A stretch of DNA of 64,000 bases from Heteronotia binoei (lineage: Eukaryota): NCBI RefSeq assembly GCF_032191835.1, contig NC_083239.1:20522001-20586000 (forward strand), written 5' to 3'. Below the pieces are notes generated by a model, which saw only the letters and a program-made list of their open reading frames with translations, did no database searches and was not told the DNA's origin. Position 1 is the stretch's first letter; every line of letters starts with the position of its first letter. A program made the translations under genes and the position numbers. This document shows, piece by piece, positions 58,001-64,000 of this stretch.

Positions 58001-58221
58001 CTTCACTTAATGCTGAGCCAAGATAGATTCGCTGAAGATGTTTTTAGCCACTGAATTTTATAGAAGATTTAGTTATAGCACCATAATGTTAATTTAATAT
58101 AAGTCGATTTAAATGGTTTTATCTAATTGTAATTACTGTGTATTATGGTTTTACTGTGTATTGTATTTATGTGTTGTGAGCCGCCCTGAGCCTGCCTTGG
58201 TGGGGAGGGCGGGATATAAAT

Positions 58222-58252
<31 letters not shown>

Positions 58253-59339
58253 TTTTTGCTGTCATGTCACAGCCAACTTACAGTGACCCTCTAAGGTTTT
58301 CAAGGAGAGATGTTCAGATGTGGTTTGCTATTGCCTGCCTCTGCATAGCATCCCTGGACTTCCTTAATGCTCTTCCATCCAAGTACTATCCAGGACCAAC
58401 ACTGTTTAGCTTCCAAAATCTGATGAGATTAGACTAGCCTAACCTATCCAGAGCACTATTAACATATCCTAATTTTAAAAATGCATGTGATAAAATGCCA
58501 CATAATATCACAGCAAACCATGCAGGCCTCATCCATCAGGCTGTTTCTATGGTGGCTGGAGAACCAATTCCAAACAGAGCTTATCCCTCCACTTTATCAG
58601 TCTATATTCTGGAAAGCAGGTTTCAAGCTGGGAGCTGCAAGGCCCACCAGTCTGCAACATTGTATAGATGATTTGGACGGAAGGGAAAGGAAAATCTTTT
58701 TTAAGATGTTCAGATAACACAAAACTGGGAGGGATAGACAGTAATAAAGGGTTAGCATCCTTCAAGTGGTGCTTGGAGTTCTGAAATTCCAACTCATCTC
58801 CAGATTACAGCACTCAGTTCCCCTGGAGGAAATGGCAGCTTTGAAGTATATACTCTACTGAGCTCCTTCCCCAGGCACCCATACCCCAAACCTCCAGGGA
58901 TTTCTCAAGCCAGGGTTGGCAACCCTAAAATTCCGAGAACAGATCGGTAGCTTGGAAAACCGAAAGTCAAGAAAGATGAATACAAAATTAAATCAAAAAG
59001 ACAAAAGAGGGGACTGCGGTCATGCGAAAACGACCTTGAGACTGAAGTTAATTACAAACTGAAAACGAGTCTGCATGGCAGTGCGGCTACCAAAAAATGG
59101 GCTAATGTCTAGCCTTCCTCACAGGGTCGTTGTGAGAAAAACATGCACGCGCACGCTCCTCGGAGAAAGAGCGGGATAAAATGAACAGAATGAAGCGAGG
59201 ACCTAAGAAACAAGGAGGGACCGGTGCACTGCCATTAATTTCTATCCGCTCCCCTCCCACAGCCTGTTATCTTATTCTGCTACCCCACCTGCAGCGCCAT
59301 CAGTCTTCTCAGAAACGGCTCTCCTTCCTCCGCTTCCAT
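55049..59339 (-). CDS. IQCC: IQ motif-containing protein C, 5 coding exons, about 232 aa
   Basis: Exons 59289-59339 (MEAEEGEPFLRRLMALQ), 56613-56756 (ACVRGHLIRNKFQSL, IQ motif), 55930-56275, 55548-55666 (LQHYRKHLTMELLWLQQAIVSRKN), 55049-55087 (YLNLKQSLCNHE-stop). Synteny matches. Confidence 0.9.
57021..58253 (+). mobile_element. L2-clade LINE, 5'-truncated, RT with one frameshift, (TTA)n tail
   Basis: GVPQGAVLSPMLFNIYM, QYADDTQLY, RLDYCNALY, LQLVQNAAARLL, LHWLP across ORFs 56977-57372 and 57312-58010. Confidence 0.9.
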
Positions 59340-59570
59340 CTTCTACCTCCCAAGCAAGCGCTGACAACTGCTGCTCTGGCAACCGCGCCTGCCGATGACG
59401 TCACAACTCGCGACAAGCTGTTCACCACCACAGCTGCCACGTTCTCTCTAGCAATTGCAGAGACCAGCCTCAAGGCGGCGTTGCTCAGCAGCCTCTTGGT
59501 GGTTGGGCGGGGGCCTTGGGGGAGAAGCATGGGCGGTTTTCTCAGATTTGAAACGCAGCGAGTTGCACAT
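59000..59570. promoter_or_regulatory. CpG-rich promoter/exon 1 region of IQCC
   Basis: Local CpG enrichment around the IQCC ATG at 59339. Confidence 0.6.
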
Positions 59571-60279
59571 TAATTTTCTTCAAAGTCAGGGTTTTTTGAG
59601 CAGGAACGCTTGACACCAGGAGGTGTGCCTAATATGCAAATGAGTTCCTGTTGGGCTTTTTCTACCAAAAACCCCCTATTTAAAGTGTTTCTTAAAACAA
59701 CAGCAGAGAAAGCCTGAAGGGTTTGGAAGCATCACTTCACATCTGCTTTCGGTACCAAAGTATAATTTCTCATTATTCTTGGTTCAGCCTTTTCTCCAGC
59801 TTGGAAGCTCAGGTTAGGGAGATTCCCTCCCCCCATCCTCTATTTTATGCACATCATAACTGAGTGATCTTCCTGTGATTTAAATACACTCTCCTACTAT
59901 TCTCCAGTAATTGCCTCATTCAAAATAACAGTGATCTCTGTATTGTTTTTTTAAAATTGGTATCTAGATCCATCTAAGAAATAGCCTATGCTACACAGGT
60001 GTATCTGAAAATGGAGGAAACTCAAATAATGTCTGAGCCAGAGTCTGCTCATCAGACTCAGACTGGCGCAAAAAGGTGAGCTTTCTGGGGCTAATCCAGC
60101 CCCCTTCTCTTGTCTCTACTGTGAGCTGAGAGAGATCCAGTGGACACAGGCTTTATGAGTCAACAGATTCTAAAACCCAGGTTAAAACAGTAGAAACCAG
60201 ATTATTAATCCTCCACAAACAGAGGCCAATAGAAAGCATGTTGACTGACATTGTCTGTTGTGTAGGGGAGGACTCGTCC

Positions 60280-60923
60280 TAGGGTTGCCAAGTCCAAGAA
60301 ATATGTGGGGACTTTGGGAATGGAGCCAGGAGACATTGGGAGCAAGGGTGTGGCAAGCATAATTGAACTCCGAAGGGAATTCTGGCCATCACATTTAAAG
60401 GGACAGCACCTTTTTAAATGCCTTCCTTCCATAGGAAATAATGAAGGATAGGGGCATCTTCTTTTGGGGCTCATAGAATTGGACCCCCTGGTCCAATAGT
60501 TTTGAAACTTGGGGGGGGGGGTATTTTGGGGAGAGGCACTAGATGCTATACTGAAAATTTGGTGCCTCTACCTCAAAGAACAATCCCCTCGGAGCCCCCG
60601 ATACCTCCAGATCAATTCCCCATTATACCCTATGAGAATTGATCTCCACATAGGGAATAATGACGTGCCCAGCAGACATTTCCCTCCCTCTCCCCCGTTT
60701 CTGGCGACTCTGAAGTGAGGAATTGGCATCTATACTCACGAGTTGCTGCCAACTTCTTCACAGACACACCATCCCAAGAGGAAGCCTTTCCAATCAGAGA
60801 CTGAAGCCTCCAGAGGTGGAAAGTCATATGGTGGCTGTGGGGGCAGGGCTTCCCCCTGCCGGCCAGCTGACTGGGGGCAGGAAGGAGCCTGGGAAAGTGG
60901 AAGAACCCCCGCTGGCAAGCCTA
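60280..60923 (+). mobile_element. Shorter member of the same TAGGGTTGCCA family
   Basis: Homologous to 18798-19450 and ends TGGCAAGCCTA. Flanks ACTCGTCC/ACTGGCCC (6/8) may be a decayed 8-bp TSD. Confidence 0.75.
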
Positions 60924-61130
60924 ACTGGCCCTTTAACGTGAAGGTGAAAATTGCTGGTGAACTGCTGGCAGCCAGGAACTAACAGAGCTGCCTAGGACAC
61001 ATGGGGCACACTGCCCGGCCTCACCTCATCCATCGCTTCCTTGTGTGCTACTCTCCTTGGCAGCAGCCAATGAGCAAGTTCATTCCTGCCATTGGGGCAA
61101 GTCTAAGTTGAACAGTGTCTGTTGGTGCAG

Positions 61131-61324
61131 CAGGGCTTTTTTTGTAGCAGGAACTCCTTTGCATATTAGGCCACACACTCCTGATGTAGCCAATCCTCCA
61201 AGAGGATTGTTTGGCACAGGGCTCTTAGTCTTAGTACAGGGCCTACTGTTAGTTCCAGAAGGATTGGCTACATCCAGGGTGTGGCCTAATATGTAAAGGA
61301 GTTCCTACTACAAAAAAAGCCCTG
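61131..61324. mobile_element. Palindromic CAGGGCT-family MITE
   Basis: Same structure as 30244-30428; flanks TGGTGCAG/GTGTGCAG (6/8). Confidence 0.8.
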
Positions 61325-61858
61325 GTGTGCAGGAAGCCCCACTGAAATGTAGAGTTGCCAACTCCAGGTTGGGAATTTCCTGGCATGAGGATGGCAGCCC
61401 CACTGAGACACTTTGTTTGCTGTGCCCTTTTTGAACATGCCCAGCTACTCCTGCCATCCCAGCTGAGCCAGGATCCAGGCACCAGGCTGTCAGGTCTGGT
61501 AGATCTCTGTCATACCTGTGCTGCTTCTGAAAGAGCTCTGAGGGGAAGGGGGGGGGGGAATCCCACAAAACAAAACATCCCAATTCCAGGCCTGAAATCA
61601 AAGTGGAGTGGGCAACACTGGATCAACATGGTCTTTTTATTTAAATAGTTCTAATTAGTCAATACCAACGGTTTTTATAAGAAAGGGGAAAAATTGTTCT
61701 CAAGAGATGTGAGCAAGTTAAGGAGCCATTGAATTCCAAAGATCCAAGAGAGGTTAAACCGCCCCAAGCCCCACAAAACTAAGAACCCCCGGTCTACTGG
61801 TTCTTATAGCCCAAAGGACAAGCAAGGCTGTGCCTGTCTGACCTTTGACCTTCTAGGC

Positions 61859-62201
61859 CAGGGGTCCTCAAACTACGGCCCGCGGGCCAGATGCGGCCCG
61901 CTGAGGACGCTTATGCGGCCCACTGGGTTATGGCAAAATCAGACCGGAAGTGACGTTCGACCTAAACTTGCGTTAGCAACGCACACTTCCGGCACTGGGC
62001 TGAGGCGGCGGAGACAGAGTGTGAGGTGATACCGAGGTGAGGTGAGTTCCCAGGCTGGGGTGTGTGGTGTGGGGAAGGGAGAGAGATGCAGAAGACGGAG
62101 AACTGACGGCCCGCAGCCCTGTACAGTAATGGCAGTCCGGCCCTCCAACAGTCTGAGGGACAGTGAACTGGCCCCCTATTTAAAAAGTTTGAGGACCCCT
62201 G
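61859..62201 (-). mobile_element. OC1 (OposCharlie1)-like hAT MITE
   Basis: Perfect TIRs CAGGGGTCCTCAAACT/AGTTTGAGGACCCCTG and perfect 8-bp TSD TTCTAGGC. The minus-strand start CAGGGGTCCTCAAACTTTTTAAATAGGGGGCCAGTTCACTGTCCCTCAGAC matches my recollection of OC1. CpGs are retained. Confidence 0.85.
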
Positions 62202-62339
62202 TTCTAGGCAATGGCTTATAGAGGCAGCTAGGAAGCCTATTTGCCTACTGCATGATTCAGCATTCAGTTATTAATGGATTTAGTATTTAATAAAAATACA
62301 CATTGAACTATATACTAAATTATTGCAGTGATATTCCAT

Positions 62340-62510
62340 GTACTTAGAGCAAGATTCAAGTCCTGTAGCACCTTAAAGACCAATGAACTTTCCCGCTTGC
62401 TTCTTGAAAGCTTATACCCTGGAAATGTTCTTGGTCTTCAAGATACTACTGGACTGAACCTCGCTGTTTTACTGCATACCAACACAGCTACCCATCTAAA
62501 ACTATTGCAC
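62340..62510. mobile_element. Inverted pair of Penelope terminal fragments
   Basis: Same head-to-head arrangement as 9040-9196 (TAGCACCTTAAAGACCAA / GAAAGCTTATACC..GGTCTTCAAGATACTACTGGAC). Confidence 0.5.
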
Positions 62511-63760
62511 GTACTTTAACACTCTAAATTATCTACTGACAGCATGGGGAGACTGCTGGAAGAAGCCCCCAAAGTTATGCTTTGCCCTGAGTTACCTTCC
62601 TCCATCCTAGTTTGTTGTCTTCATAGGACTTCTTGCAAGCACTCACCAAATCACCTGGTCTGTATCACACAGCAATTCACATTCCATCCCTTTTCAGATG
62701 GACTGACAGCATTAACACAAAAGCACCTGGAGAGTTCGAGGGCTGCCATCCCCATGAGAGCGGTACCACCCATTTAAATTCTATCATGCCACTTCACTGA
62801 ATCTTCTACTTCAAAGAAAACCCTCGGCTTCTGCTGCTGTTTCTCCCCAACCCAATTACCCAAATGACAGACAAGATGTCACAAAAAGAGTCAAGACTGC
62901 ATGCTCAGGACTGCAGCCTCAGCCCCCAACACAATAAAAGGGTACAGGGATTGTGGCCAAATGGCAGAGGTTACAACAAAAACAGCACAATTTCTGTTTT
63001 GTATGCTTAAATTCCTTCGCAATGGACAGGGTGATGGTTCTTGCTGATAGCTTTTAACCCATACTTGAGGCTGCTTTCACACACCCTGGATAATGCACTT
63101 TACAGTGTTTTTTTTCCTTGGGGAACGTGGTGGAACAGAGTCCGGAACCTCTTTGGGGAAACAACATTCTAAAAAAATGTTTCAGAACACTTCATTTCCC
63201 TCTTGAGAGTTCTGGCACCTATTTTTCTAGGGAAAAAAGCCCTGCTTACAAAGAATTCCCAATGTGCATTCCTGTAGAAAAATCCAGTTACAAACAATTG
63301 CTAAAGTGCATTGGAAGTTCATTATCCAACATGTGAAAAAGCAATCTGAAACTCATGCCAAATGCCTCAGGAGATAAGAGCTGGCCCACTAGAAGCAGCA
63401 GCTCTGCATGGCCCAATGACAGCGTGCACACACATACACATGATCTCTTGCAATATCAGAAAATATTCCAGGGCACAATCCCAGGGTGCAGAAGACCAGA
63501 TTCCTCTTGGCTTTCTTCCCATGACATGTCCACCACTTAATTTCCAAGAGTTGGTTACTTCTGCGCTTGATTTTTCTGCAGTCAGTTCGAACCCAGACCC
63601 AAATCCCCACTTCCCCCTAGATACATATGATTTCAGCTTTCTTTCCCTGAACCATTCAGGGGCAGACTCTGCTACAAACATCTTTCTCAGGTCCACTGTT
63701 CCTTTGCCAAGTCTTCCCACTCTACTCAAAGAGAAGTCTTGGGCTGCTGCTTTGCTTCCT

Positions 63761-63815
63761 CTAAGCTGTGGAGGTGTCTTCCAGGTCAGGGTTTTCTGCC
63801 AAGTGCAGCTTCTGA
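63761..63815 (-). CDS. CCDC28B: Coiled-coil domain-containing 28B, last coding exon only; the rest lies beyond the window
   Basis: After the acceptor ctcag the exon reads (I)QKLHLAENPDLEDTSTA-TAG, matching the CCDC28B C-terminus QKLHLAENAEPEE. Position upstream of IQCC is as expected. Confidence 0.85.
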
Positions 63816-64000
63816 CTGAGATATTGCATTAAGTGAAAACAGGAGGAGCCAAGATCCTGTCCCTTCCCCCAGGTTTTCCAGATCAAGACCACATCTGTGT
63901 TAACAGTTATTCCACCTCCCAGAAGCTTAAATGTGTTGTCCCATACTATACCCACTGACAGAGGAAGGACTGAAAACAAAGTAACCTCTTCATAAAAAGA

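Noticed and set aside
63920-63985. Possible penultimate CCDC28B exon
   Set aside because: Does not encode the expected LEDLSNSI peptide; the true exon is probably outside the window.

Overview
Eukaryotic genomic DNA from a vertebrate; the repeat content points to a squamate, probably a gecko (inference). It is a spliced-gene region, so most ORF-track entries are spurious. Six intron-containing genes can be reconstructed from canonical splice sites with continuous phase: MTMR9-like (+, exons 2-10), EIF3I (-, complete, one U12 intron), TMEM234 (+, complete, head-to-head with EIF3I), DCDC2B (-, complete), IQCC (-, complete but short) and the last coding exon of CCDC28B (-). This is the human 1p35 CCDC28B-IQCC-DCDC2B-TMEM234-EIF3I-MTMR9LP block in reverse orientation. 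Introns and intergenic DNA are dense with mobile elements. These include an uninterrupted Rex1-type RT nested in a hAT element, and an L1 with a perfect 14-bp TSD that keeps ORF1 and the ORF2 tip but lacks EN/RT. Also present are a disabled OBI1/RNF219 retrocopy, a Penelope remnant with a hammerhead-ribozyme core, a deleted ERV with a tRNA-His PBS, a solo LTR, an OC1-type and other hAT MITEs, a 2.7-kb long-inverted-repeat element, L2/CR1 fragments and tRNA/5S-derived SINEs. No prokaryotic-type system (CRISPR, operon) is present. All homology calls come from recall of protein and repeat families, not from searches. I found no clearly novel biological system, only several unusual elements worth checking.
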